A stretch of DNA of 64,000 nucleotides from positions 5,315 to 69,314 of the forward strand of contig CAZINT010000001.1 in the NCBI GenBank assembly GCA_964540825.1, in the 5' to 3' direction. The DNA is from an uncultured Gammaproteobacteria bacterium. Lineage in GTDB: Bacteria > Patescibacteriota > Patescibacteriia > Magasanikbacterales > GWA2-37-8. The notes below the pieces were generated by a model. It saw only the letters and a program-made list of their open reading frames with translations, did not search any database and was not told where the DNA came from. The translations under genes and the position numbers were made by a program. Of this stretch, positions 49,441 through 58,402 are shown piece by piece (within the stretch, counting starts at the first letter, position 1; every line of letters begins with the position of its first letter).

Positions 49441-50582
49441 AGCAAATGTAAAAAGCGTCGAGCCGCTTTTTCCCAGGTATATTTTTTGGCCTGCTCTAAA
49501 CCGTCTGTTCGTAGACGGTTTTTTAATTCGGTGTTTCTGGTTAATCGAATCAGGGCTTCGGCTATAGATGAAGGTTTATTCGGGTTAGTATAGTAGGCAG
49601 CCCCTTCGGCGATTTCGGGCAGCGACGATCGGTTAGAAGTGATAACGGGTGTGCCGCTGCCCATGGCTTCAATAACCGGAAAACCAAAACCTTCATAAAA
49701 ACTGGGGTATACAAATACTTCGGCCAGGCTATAAAGTGCTGGTTTATCCGCTGCTTCCACGTACCCAATATACACAATCCGGTTTTTAAACGGTGAAGTA
49801 GCGAGGCGTCTAAAAATAGGTTTATTTTCCCACCCGGCAGAGCCGGCAATGACGAGTGATAGGTCGCTTGGAAGGTGTGGTGCAGCTTGTTCAAAGCCTT
49901 CGATCAGCCCTATAATATTTTTACGCGGTTCAATGCTTCCCAAAAATAAAATATATTTTTTAGGTAAGGTGTATGTGGCGCGAAGCGTTGCTTCGGCAGG
50001 TATTTCTTGAAGCGGGTAGGGAAGGGGGATAAGGCCGTGTGGAATAACAGTGATCGTTGCTGGATCGATGTGGTACCGCGCAATCAAGTCGCGTTTGGTA
50101 TTTTCGGAAGGTGTCAAAATAGAGTGTGCCTGGCAGCAGCATTTTTTTGGGTCAATCGCATAGTGCCACAAGCGTTGTTTTTTGGAAAAGAAATGAGGAA
50201 AAAATTCGAATGAGAGGTCGTGAATTGTAAGAATGTGTTTGGTGTTTTTGGATAGTGCCGTAAAATTGAGATTCGGCGAAAAAAAATAATCGAGCCTGGA
50301 AATTTTTTCGCGTTTGATAATAAGCTCGTCGATTTTGGGAAAATGGAATAGGCGGGTTGCGGCGTTGAAGAGTTTGTTAGGATAATGTGTGACAACGTAG
50401 TGGATATTTGCTTGTTGCCAGGCGGGGAGCAGGGCGGTAAGCGCAGGTTTGGCATTGGCGAACAAATAGTACTGGTTCACCGTGTCAATCGCAAAAAGCG
50501 CGTTGAGGAGTTCAAACGTATATTCACCAACCCCAGTGCGAATAGGGGAGGCTAGGGAACGAATGTCGATACCAATGTGCAT
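49425..50582 (-). CDS. Glycosyltransferase family 4
   Basis: IGIDIR, TIHDL, EPRKN, PSFYEGFGFPVIEAM. Confidence 0.93.
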   Translation of the reverse strand: MHIGIDIRSLASPIRTGVGEYTFELLNALFAIDTVNQYYLFANAKPALTALLPAWQQANIHYVVTHYPNKLFNAATRLFHFPKIDELIIKREKISRLDYFFSPNLNFTALSKNTKHILTIHDLSFEFFPHFFSKKQRLWHYAIDPKKCCCQAHSILTPSENTKRDLIARYHIDPATITVIPHGLIPLPYPLQEIPAEATLRATYTLPKKYILFLGSIEPRKNIIGLIEGFEQAAPHLPSDLSLVIAGSAGWENKPIFRRLATSPFKNRIVYIGYVEAADKPALYSLAEVFVYPSFYEGFGFPVIEAMGSGTPVITSNRSSLPEIAEGAAYYTNPNKPSSIAEALIRLTRNTELKNRLRTDGLEQAKKYTWEKAARRFLHLLQETG

Positions 50583-50637
50583 ACTAGTGGTTGACGTTCA
50601 AAAATTGTCGTGGTTTACTTTGGTGCAAGGAGGGCCT

Positions 50638-50814
50638 ATGAGTGAAAAATCGCTTGTGCCTGAAGGCGCGAGAACTGTTTTGGTGGAGACAATTCCGCCA
50701 GATAAGACGACACTCGGGGTGGATGGCGACAAACAGCCAAACCCCGAAGCTCTTTCAGAGCAGCTTGCGCGCGAGCGCGGTCATGCTGACCCGCGACCCG
50801 ATGGGTTGTTCTAG
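50638..50814 (+). CDS. Small acidic hypothetical protein (58 aa)
   Basis: AAGGAGG SD, TTGACG upstream, hairpin gggtcgcgcac...gtgcgcgaccc plus T tract downstream. Confidence 0.55.
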   Translation: MSEKSLVPEGARTVLVETIPPDKTTLGVDGDKQPNPEALSEQLARERGHADPRPDGLF

Positions 50815-50868
50815 CCGGCTTAGCCGTTTTTTTGGGTCGCGCACATATCGTGCGCGACCCTTTGCTTT

Positions 50869-51987
50869 TTATACAAGCGTTGTTTGGTTTAATTTTTTCT
50901 TAAACTCTTCGTAGCGGTCGTTGACATATTTTTTGATACTTGTCTTGAAAGCGGCGCTCGAAAATGTAAGAGCGTGTTCACGAATATGGGCGCTATCCCA
51001 GCCTTCCGAAGTGAAGTGAAGTACTGCGTTCAAAAGCGACTCCCAATTTTGTTCATAAAAGAATTCGCCTGTATCGTGCGCTATGATCGTCTCGGTGGCG
51101 CCGCCAGCGGCAAAGGCAATGACCGGGCGGCCGCTGGCGAGGGATTCAATCGGAGTGATGCCAAAATCCTCAAGCTGCGGATGGATAAATGCTTGCGCAC
51201 GGCTAAGAAGTTGTGCCTTGGCTTCGTCATCGATACGGCCCAAAAATTCAATATTAGGGCGAGCCTGTTTTTGAAGATTTTTAAGTTCCGGCCCCGTACC
51301 AAAAATTTTGAGCGGATACTGCAAGCGATTGAAGGCCTGTACTACCAGGTCGAGTCGTTTATAGGGAACCAGGCGCCCGCCGGCAACAAAATAGTTGTCG
51401 ACCTTGGGAGCGATAGTAAAGCGTTCAGTATCGACCGGGGGATAGATAACATCGCTCGTTCGGCGATAATACTTTTGAATACGACTTTCAACTGTGTGTG
51501 AGTTCGCTATAAAATGATCTACGCGGTCGGCGCTCATTTTGTCCCACAGGCGAAGGCGAAAAATAATTTGAGGTAGGAATGCTTTAACAATCCAGTTGGA
51601 ATTAAGGTCGGCGAGATATTCGTGCCGATCACTCCAGAGGTAGCGGGGTGGGGTGTGACAATACGAAATGTGGAGCGTCTCAGGCGGGACGATAACGCCT
51701 TTGGCAAAAGCGCTTGTCGAAGAAATGACAACGTCAAAATCATTAAGATTATAATTTTCCGTTGCATTTGGCATCCAGGGTAAATACCATTGATAGTGGG
51801 TTTTGACGAAGGGTAATTTTGATAACCATGATTCACGAATCAGGTGTTTGGGAAAGGAGCTGATTTTTTTAGGATCATGAAACAAAACAAACAGCGGTGC
51901 TTCCGGCCACAGTTCATGAAGTGTTTGCAGTACCCGCTCCGCCCCTCCGTCTTGAGCAAGATAGTCGTGTACTAAAGCTAATTTCAT
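50869..51987 (-). CDS. Glycosyltransferase family 4 (WbaZ-like)
   Basis: ALVHDYL...GGAERV, YCHTP.RY, RLVPYKR, EDFGI.P.E. Confidence 0.93.
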   Translation of the reverse strand: MKLALVHDYLAQDGGAERVLQTLHELWPEAPLFVLFHDPKKISSFPKHLIRESWLSKLPFVKTHYQWYLPWMPNATENYNLNDFDVVISSTSAFAKGVIVPPETLHISYCHTPPRYLWSDRHEYLADLNSNWIVKAFLPQIIFRLRLWDKMSADRVDHFIANSHTVESRIQKYYRRTSDVIYPPVDTERFTIAPKVDNYFVAGGRLVPYKRLDLVVQAFNRLQYPLKIFGTGPELKNLQKQARPNIEFLGRIDDEAKAQLLSRAQAFIHPQLEDFGITPIESLASGRPVIAFAAGGATETIIAHDTGEFFYEQNWESLLNAVLHFTSEGWDSAHIREHALTFSSAAFKTSIKKYVNDRYEEFKKKLNQTTLV

Positions 51988-53405
51988 ACAATCGCACCGT
52001 CTTTCCTAACGACAATAAAAGGTGTTTTAATGAGAATAATAATATCTAGGAATAAATTCCAATTTTCAATATAAAATGTATCGAGCCGAACTTCCTCTTC
52101 AAAACTAAGGTTGCTCCGTCCAGAAATTTGAGCAAGCCCGGTAATGCCTGGCTTGATGGCAAGAACGATACGATGGTGTTTTTGGTATTGGTCAACCTCG
52201 CGTGGTTGGTGGGGGCGAGGTCCGACAAGACTCATGTCGCCGCGTAAGACGTTATAAAATTGCGGTAATTCGTCGAGACTCCAGCGGCGAATGAAACGGC
52301 CGAAAGGTGTGATGCGCGGATCGTTTTTGATTTTATAGACCGGTCCGGTTTTGATGCTGTTTGTTTTGATCAGTTTTTTTTCTTCTTTGAGCGCGAGGTC
52401 TCCATTTTTCCCGAATTGTTCGCCTGTGCAGTATTTTTGATACATTGATCTGAACTTAAGGGTGGAGAAGTGATCGCCTCGCTGGCCTACACGGGTATTT
52501 TTGTAAATAACAGGTCTGCCGCTCTCAATAAGGATAATTAAGCTAACGATGCCATAGATCGGCCAAAAAATAAGAAGAAAAAACAAGCTGCCGATAATAT
52601 CGATGAGTCGCTTGATAATACGCCCCCAGGCAGTCAGACGGGTGCGTCGCAGCTCGATGATAGGAATGCCGGCAATGGTTGAAACGGCGGTGTTCGTGGC
52701 GATGGTAGCAAAAAGATCGGCTGAATATTTGAAAATAATGTGGTGTTCATTCGCAAAATCAATAGCTTGCAAAACTTCTTCTTCGCTTTTTTGCGGATTA
52801 GTGAAAATAATTTCATCGGGCAATGTGCCCTTGAGACGCTTAAGTGCGCTCGGATCAAAATGGTCGAAGGTTCCGACTATAGCGTAGCCAAGATGCGGTT
52901 CGTTTTGGAGTGTTTCAATAATGCTGTGTGCAATAGTTTGGGTGCCGATAATGACTGTCCGGCGAAGACCGATGCCGGCGCGGTATAAGATCGCTTTGAG
53001 GCCGCGAATGACGAGGCGCCCAAAGATCACATACAGCATGGCGAGCATCCAACCGATTAAAACGAGAAAGCGAGAATCAAATTTTTGGAGTGTAAAAAAA
53101 ACATAGATAGTTATTGCGGCAAAACCGGTCGAACAAGCGCTGATGATACGAGTGATTTCACGAGAAAATTTGCGATTCGGGTTGGTGCTATAAAGGCCGG
53201 AGAGGCTAAAGAGTATAAGCCAGCCTAGGCCAACCCAGAGAACTGTTTGAGCGTAGCGCGTGAAGGAGAGCGCAAATAATACAGGGCGTACCGCAGTTAT
53301 TGTGGGATGAAAACGCAGTGCATAAGCACTAATGCCCGCCAGAATAAGCATAAGATAGTCGACGGGTAATTGGAGGAACGTAAACGTAAGTTCAAAGCGC
53401 TTCAT
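51984..53405 (-). CDS. Polyprenyl glycosylphosphotransferase (WcaJ/WbaP-like)
   Basis: KRLIDI, KFRSM, DPRIT, SLDELPQF.NVLRGDMSLVGPRP, KPGITG.AQ. Confidence 0.95.
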   Translation of the reverse strand: MKRFELTFTFLQLPVDYLMLILAGISAYALRFHPTITAVRPVLFALSFTRYAQTVLWVGLGWLILFSLSGLYSTNPNRKFSREITRIISACSTGFAAITIYVFFTLQKFDSRFLVLIGWMLAMLYVIFGRLVIRGLKAILYRAGIGLRRTVIIGTQTIAHSIIETLQNEPHLGYAIVGTFDHFDPSALKRLKGTLPDEIIFTNPQKSEEEVLQAIDFANEHHIIFKYSADLFATIATNTAVSTIAGIPIIELRRTRLTAWGRIIKRLIDIIGSLFFLLIFWPIYGIVSLIILIESGRPVIYKNTRVGQRGDHFSTLKFRSMYQKYCTGEQFGKNGDLALKEEKKLIKTNSIKTGPVYKIKNDPRITPFGRFIRRWSLDELPQFYNVLRGDMSLVGPRPHQPREVDQYQKHHRIVLAIKPGITGLAQISGRSNLSFEEEVRLDTFYIENWNLFLDIIILIKTPFIVVRKDGAIV

Positions 53406-53496
53406 AACCCCAGGTTTTACGAAAAAATAACGAAAATCTGACCACTATTGTATGCTAAGCAGCTCCAAGCGTCAATCAGGTTTTGCGGCTAACGAC

Positions 53497-53520
53497 AAAA
53501 CCTTCCCGAAGGAAGGTTTT
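53497..53520 (-). terminator. rnpB terminator
   Basis: aaaaccttcccgaaggaaggtttt. Confidence 0.7.
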
Positions 53521-53523
53521 GCG

Positions 53524-53978
53524 CCATTATTGTAAGCCGAATTTTGTTCCCATCTTGTGAGGGGTGATAATCATTTCTCTGGTTTGGCCATTACTGGCCG
53601 AATCTAGCGAGCGAACTTTTCGCGCCACTTTTATAGCGTCTCTCGGGCGCCGATAACAGGCACGCTGCTCTTGCACCAGACAGGGTTTAGCACTGCTCTA
53701 TTTCGCAATAGAGCGAGTATGGTAGCTTTGATCTCGAGAATCAGAACCTCCATACACTTTTCACCTTTTGTCCCGACGAAAGCCTGCCTATCAGCAGGTA
53801 CACGGGATTAGTATTGTCTCTGTGCCACTGTCCCGCTCCAGAACTTTACAGCTTGGAGGGTGGGTATTGCCCACTATCCTTGTCCATTCTTCAAAAACCA
53901 GCCTGTAGGCTTATTTTTGGATCAAATGGGGTGTTCGGACTTTCCTCTCCGGTTTAAGGGAGCGATTATCCATAATGG
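53524..53978 (-). ncRNA. rnpB: RNase P RNA
   Basis: Minus strand GAGGAAAGTCC, AGTGGCACAGAGA, GGTGCAAG, 3' AACAAAATTCGGCTTA; P1 CCATTAT/ATAATGG. Confidence 0.93.
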
Positions 53979-54097
53979 AAGTTGTTAGTGTACTATACAG
54001 TAGCGTGCATGTCAACCGTTTGAGATATGCTTGTCAATAGTCAAAAATGTTTTTTTGAGCTATACTGACAGGGTAGATCTTAAGTAGAATTGTTCGT

Positions 54098-55054
54098 GTG
54101 CTTAACATATATAATGCCAACAACCATGACCAAACCCCGCTCGTGGGAGGCACGGTTGAATTAAATAAAAAACCAAATTATCAAAAATATACCGATCCAA
54201 CCGGTGAGTTCAGCGGTCAGGAATTGAAGTATAGTTTTTGGTATGTACGTCATCGTTTAGTGCTCTATAAGGCGGCAATCGGTGTTCTCCTGGCACTTGC
54301 GGTCGGTACTGCACTGTATTCACTTTTTCAGCTTGGCACATACCTTATATTTGGTTTGCAAGAAAGCGCCGCAGTTGATAGGGGGTTAACGACCTTTGAA
54401 AATTATACCGCCATCCAAGATCGTTTTGCCCCTAAGCCTATTCAAATTCTCGGTACAACGGTTTACGCTGGAAGCGGCAGTAAGTATGATTTTGTGGCTG
54501 AAGCAAGTAACCCAAATAGTCAATTTATTGTCACTTTTGAGTATCATTTTACCTATAATTCAAACCAGCAAACACCGTCCCAAACGACTACGCTTTTAGC
54601 GGGCGAAGCACGCCCGCTTCCGTTTCTTGGGCTTGAAACAAGCGGTTACCCCAGTACGGCGGCGATTGTTATCGAGCATATTGCCTGGAAACGTTTATCC
54701 AATCATGAATATCTTGATCCGGCCGCTTTTCAAAGTACGCGACTTAATTTTTTGGTCAGTAACTTTGTGTTTACCCCGGCGAGCGATGGAGTTGTTGCCA
54801 ACGCCGACAGTATTCGATTTAGCCTTACCAACCAAAGTGCGTATAGTTACAAGTCGGCCCAATTTTATGTCGGACTATACCTTGATCAAAATTTAGTTGG
54901 TATTTTGCCGCTTACGATTGATGCTTTTAAATCACTTGAAACAAAACAAGTTGACCTGCGCAGTTTTGGGTCAAACGTGAATGTTACTGATGTACGTGTC
55001 TTTCCGGTTATTAATACCTATGATCCGTCGGTATATTTACCGCCGGATAGATAG
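54098..55054 (+). CDS. Hypothetical single-pass membrane protein
   Basis: One TM plus beta-rich domain; start uncertain. Confidence 0.7.
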   Translation: MLNIYNANNHDQTPLVGGTVELNKKPNYQKYTDPTGEFSGQELKYSFWYVRHRLVLYKAAIGVLLALAVGTALYSLFQLGTYLIFGLQESAAVDRGLTTFENYTAIQDRFAPKPIQILGTTVYAGSGSKYDFVAEASNPNSQFIVTFEYHFTYNSNQQTPSQTTTLLAGEARPLPFLGLETSGYPSTAAIVIEHIAWKRLSNHEYLDPAAFQSTRLNFLVSNFVFTPASDGVVANADSIRFSLTNQSAYSYKSAQFYVGLYLDQNLVGILPLTIDAFKSLETKQVDLRSFGSNVNVTDVRVFPVINTYDPSVYLPPDR

Positions 55055-55090
55055 TCTGGTTGGCGCGGTTATTTTTGATGTGACTTCCGT

Positions 55091-56185
55091 ATGCTGAATT
55101 TCCATAAATTTTTTTCACGCAGTTTTGATTGGATTTTGATGGTTGCCGTGCTATTGCTTGTTGCAATGGGTATGGAAGCAGTATATAGCGTCGACTTGTC
55201 ACGCGGCCCGGAACTCGTGCTTTTTAAAAAACAATTTATCGCGCTCGGGATTGGTTTAGTGTCGGCTGGGTTTGCAAGTATGCTGCACTACAGCTGGTTT
55301 CGCTCAGGAGCAAAGCTTGCGTACGCGTTTGCTTTGTTTTTATTGGGTTTTGTTTTGGTGTTTGGTCAAACGATTCGTGGCACCCGCGGGTGGTTCGTAG
55401 TGGGCGGATTTTCATTTCAGCCGGTTGAATTTGCTAAAGTAGCCATTATTCTTATTCTCGCCGCGGTAGTGGCGCATTTTGGCCGGCGATTTGAGCGTCC
55501 GCTTTTCTTTTTCGGGACGGGTGCAATGGCGCTTATTATGATGGCCCTTGTTATGCGTCAGCCGGATTTAGGTTCGGCAGTTTTGATTGGTACGATTTGG
55601 TTTGGGCTCATGTTTTTGGTGGGGGCTAGGGCTAGGCATCTTGGCGGACTGATTATTGTTGGATTACTTTTTTCTGTTGCCGCCTGGTTTTTGTTTTTAC
55701 AAGATTACCAGAAAGACCGGTTGCTTAATTTTGTGCATCCTGACCGTGACCCGCTGGGTACTGGGTATAACGTAACGCAGTCGACCATTGCGGTTGGAGC
55801 GGGGAAATTATTTGGTCGGGGACTTGGGTTCGGTTCACAAAGTCAGCTGCGTTTTTTGCCGGAAGCCCAAACTGATTTCGTGTTTTCAGTGATTGGTGAA
55901 GAACTTGGGTTTGCAGGTACAGGGATTTTGGTAATTCTGTATGGCGTCATGCTCTGGCGGCTCGTTATAATCATGAAAAATACTAATGATGATTTTGTAT
56001 CAGCGACGATTGCCGGTATTATTGTTTTATTCTCGAGTCAATTTTTTATTAATATCGGCGCCGAGATCGGCCTACTGCCAGTTACGGGCGTAACACTGCC
56101 GTTTGTCAGTTATGGCGGGTCATCGCTGATTATCAATCTCTTGCTTATCGGGATTGCGCAGAGTATGGTAGTAAAGAAGTACTAA
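55091..56185 (+). CDS. rodA: Rod shape-determining SEDS protein RodA
   Basis: QPVEFAK, QPDLG, DPLGTGY, LPEAQTDF, EELG, P.TG.TLPF.SYGGSS. Confidence 0.92.
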   Translation: MLNFHKFFSRSFDWILMVAVLLLVAMGMEAVYSVDLSRGPELVLFKKQFIALGIGLVSAGFASMLHYSWFRSGAKLAYAFALFLLGFVLVFGQTIRGTRGWFVVGGFSFQPVEFAKVAIILILAAVVAHFGRRFERPLFFFGTGAMALIMMALVMRQPDLGSAVLIGTIWFGLMFLVGARARHLGGLIIVGLLFSVAAWFLFLQDYQKDRLLNFVHPDRDPLGTGYNVTQSTIAVGAGKLFGRGLGFGSQSQLRFLPEAQTDFVFSVIGEELGFAGTGILVILYGVMLWRLVIIMKNTNDDFVSATIAGIIVLFSSQFFINIGAEIGLLPVTGVTLPFVSYGGSSLIINLLLIGIAQSMVVKKY

Positions 56186-56201
56186 TGTAAAGCATGTATT
56201 T

Positions 56202-58286
56202 ATGCCATTCAAAATTGTTTCAGCGTACGAGCCAGCCGGCGATCAGCCTAAAGCCATTGATCAACTAGTTGCAGGACTTAAAGAAGGGTTTAAAAAGCAG
56301 ACCCTCCTCGGTGTAACCGGCTCGGGAAAAACGTTCACCATGGCGAACGTAATTGAGCGTGTGCAAATGCCGACTTTGGTAATCGCGCACAACAAAACAT
56401 TAGCCGCGCAGCTTTGTAATGAATTCCGAGATTTTTTCCCCGAGAACGTCGTCGAATACTTTGTTAGTTATTACGATTACTATCAGCCGGAAGCATATAT
56501 CCCAACGAGTGATACTTATATTGAAAAAGAAGCCCAGATTAACGAAGAAATCGATCGCTTGCGCCACGCGTGTACGCAGGCACTGCTGACGCGCAAAGAT
56601 GTTATCATCGTAGCCTCTGTTTCGGCGATTTACGGGCTTGGTTCACCCTCAGCGTACCAAGAAAAAGTATTGCATCTTAGGGTTGGTCAGCAGCTGGATC
56701 GCCGGGGGATGATGGAGCAGCTTATTGCCATGCAGTTCGAGCGCACCACCGCCGATTTGAAGCGCGGGGCTTTTCGTATGCAGGGGCAAGTCTTTGAAAT
56801 TATGCCGGTCAACGAAGAAATGATTTACCGATTTGAAATTAGTAATCATATTGATCGTATCGAACAAGTTGACCCGGTGACACGCAAAATCAAACGCCAG
56901 CAGGAAGATGTTTGGTTTTTTCCGGCTAAGCATTATGTGGTCGGCGACGAAGCGCGTGAGCGGGCATTTACACGCATCAAAGCTGAGCTTGAAGATCAGT
57001 TGGCCGTGTTTGAACGCCAGGGAAAATTACTCGAAAAAGATCGCCTCAAACGCAGAGTCAGTTATGATTTGGAACTGATTAAAAATATTGGCTACTGCAA
57101 TGGCATTGAAAATTATTCACGTCATTTCGAAGGCCGCGCTGAAGGGGAGCCGCCCTTTACCCTGATTGATTATTTCAAATATGGCGCTCAGAAGTTTTTA
57201 ACGATTATTGACGAGTCGCATGTGACGGTGTCGCAGGTGCGCGCGATGTACAACGGAGACAGGGCGCGCAAAGACACGCTCGTGGAACACGGGTTTCGTC
57301 TCCCGAGTGCACGGGATAATCGCCCGCTTCAGTACGGGGAATTCGAGAAACGCATTGATCAGGTGGTATATGTTTCGGCAACGCCAAGCGAATACGAATT
57401 GAAAGAAAGCGAGCAGGTGGTGGAGCAGGTCGTGCGTCCAACGGGCCTGGTTGATCCAGAAGTTATCATTCGCCCGATTACGCCAAGTAAAGCAGATAAC
57501 GGTTTGTCGCAGATTGAGGATTTGATGATTCGCATTGACGAACGCATTACTCAAGGGGATCGTGTACTTGTAACGACACTCACCAAACGCATGGCCGAAG
57601 ATCTGACGCAATTTTTGGAAGAGAAAAAAATAAAAGTAAAATATTTACATAGCGATGTCGAAACACTGGAGCGCATTAAAGTTATCATGGAACTCCGTCA
57701 GGGCAAGATCGATGTTTTGGTTGGTGTGAATCTTTTGCGTGAAGGGCTCGACATGCCGGAGGTGTCGCTCGTTGCCATTCTTGATGCGGATAAAGAAGGG
57801 TTTCTTCGCAGTGAAACCAGTTTGATTCAGACCATCGGCCGTGCGGCGCGTAATGTAAATGGGCAGGTCGTCTTGTATGCCGATCATAGTACGGGCTCGA
57901 TTGAGCGCGCGATCGCGGAAACCAATCGCCGTCGCACCATTCAGCTCGCGTACAACGAGAAGCACGGTATTACTCCTAAAACAATCCAAAAAACAATCCG
58001 TAATATTTTGGAAGAGTTCGGTATTAGTGAAACGTCGCCCGGTGCAAATAGTAAAGAACAAAAACGTCGCCGAGCTGAACTCGCAAACCTCGATACGCTG
58101 GGGGACGACCGACCGCTGAGCGCAATTATTAAAGACAAAGAAGCGCAGATGAAAGATGCGGCTAAGGGCCTCGAGTTTGAACTTGCAGCAATTCTGCGCG
58201 ATGAGATCCGTGAATTGACGGCCAGGCAGAAATCGAGCGGCGAAGTAGAGAAGAGTAAAAAGGGACGACCGACGAAAAAGAAATAA
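56202..58286 (+). CDS. uvrB: Excinuclease ABC subunit B
   Basis: GDQP.AI, GVTGSGKT, YYDYYQPEAY, DESH, QTIGRAARN. Confidence 0.98.
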   Translation: MPFKIVSAYEPAGDQPKAIDQLVAGLKEGFKKQTLLGVTGSGKTFTMANVIERVQMPTLVIAHNKTLAAQLCNEFRDFFPENVVEYFVSYYDYYQPEAYIPTSDTYIEKEAQINEEIDRLRHACTQALLTRKDVIIVASVSAIYGLGSPSAYQEKVLHLRVGQQLDRRGMMEQLIAMQFERTTADLKRGAFRMQGQVFEIMPVNEEMIYRFEISNHIDRIEQVDPVTRKIKRQQEDVWFFPAKHYVVGDEARERAFTRIKAELEDQLAVFERQGKLLEKDRLKRRVSYDLELIKNIGYCNGIENYSRHFEGRAEGEPPFTLIDYFKYGAQKFLTIIDESHVTVSQVRAMYNGDRARKDTLVEHGFRLPSARDNRPLQYGEFEKRIDQVVYVSATPSEYELKESEQVVEQVVRPTGLVDPEVIIRPITPSKADNGLSQIEDLMIRIDERITQGDRVLVTTLTKRMAEDLTQFLEEKKIKVKYLHSDVETLERIKVIMELRQGKIDVLVGVNLLREGLDMPEVSLVAILDADKEGFLRSETSLIQTIGRAARNVNGQVVLYADHSTGSIERAIAETNRRRTIQLAYNEKHGITPKTIQKTIRNILEEFGISETSPGANSKEQKRRRAELANLDTLGDDRPLSAIIKDKEAQMKDAAKGLEFELAAILRDEIRELTARQKSSGEVEKSKKGRPTKKK

Positions 58287-58295
58287 TAGAAATAA

Positions 58296-58327
58296 AAATA
58301 TCCCGATGTTGTCGGGATATTTTTTTG
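58296..58327. terminator. Bidirectional terminator
   Basis: aaaatatcccga-tgttg-tcgggatattttttt. Confidence 0.75.
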
Positions 58328-58402
58328 CCACTGGAAATTTCGAGAAGTTTACAGTGGGAACGCGCGACAGGCTGCTGGGAGGCAGGTGTCGCGGAGGTGG
58401 GG

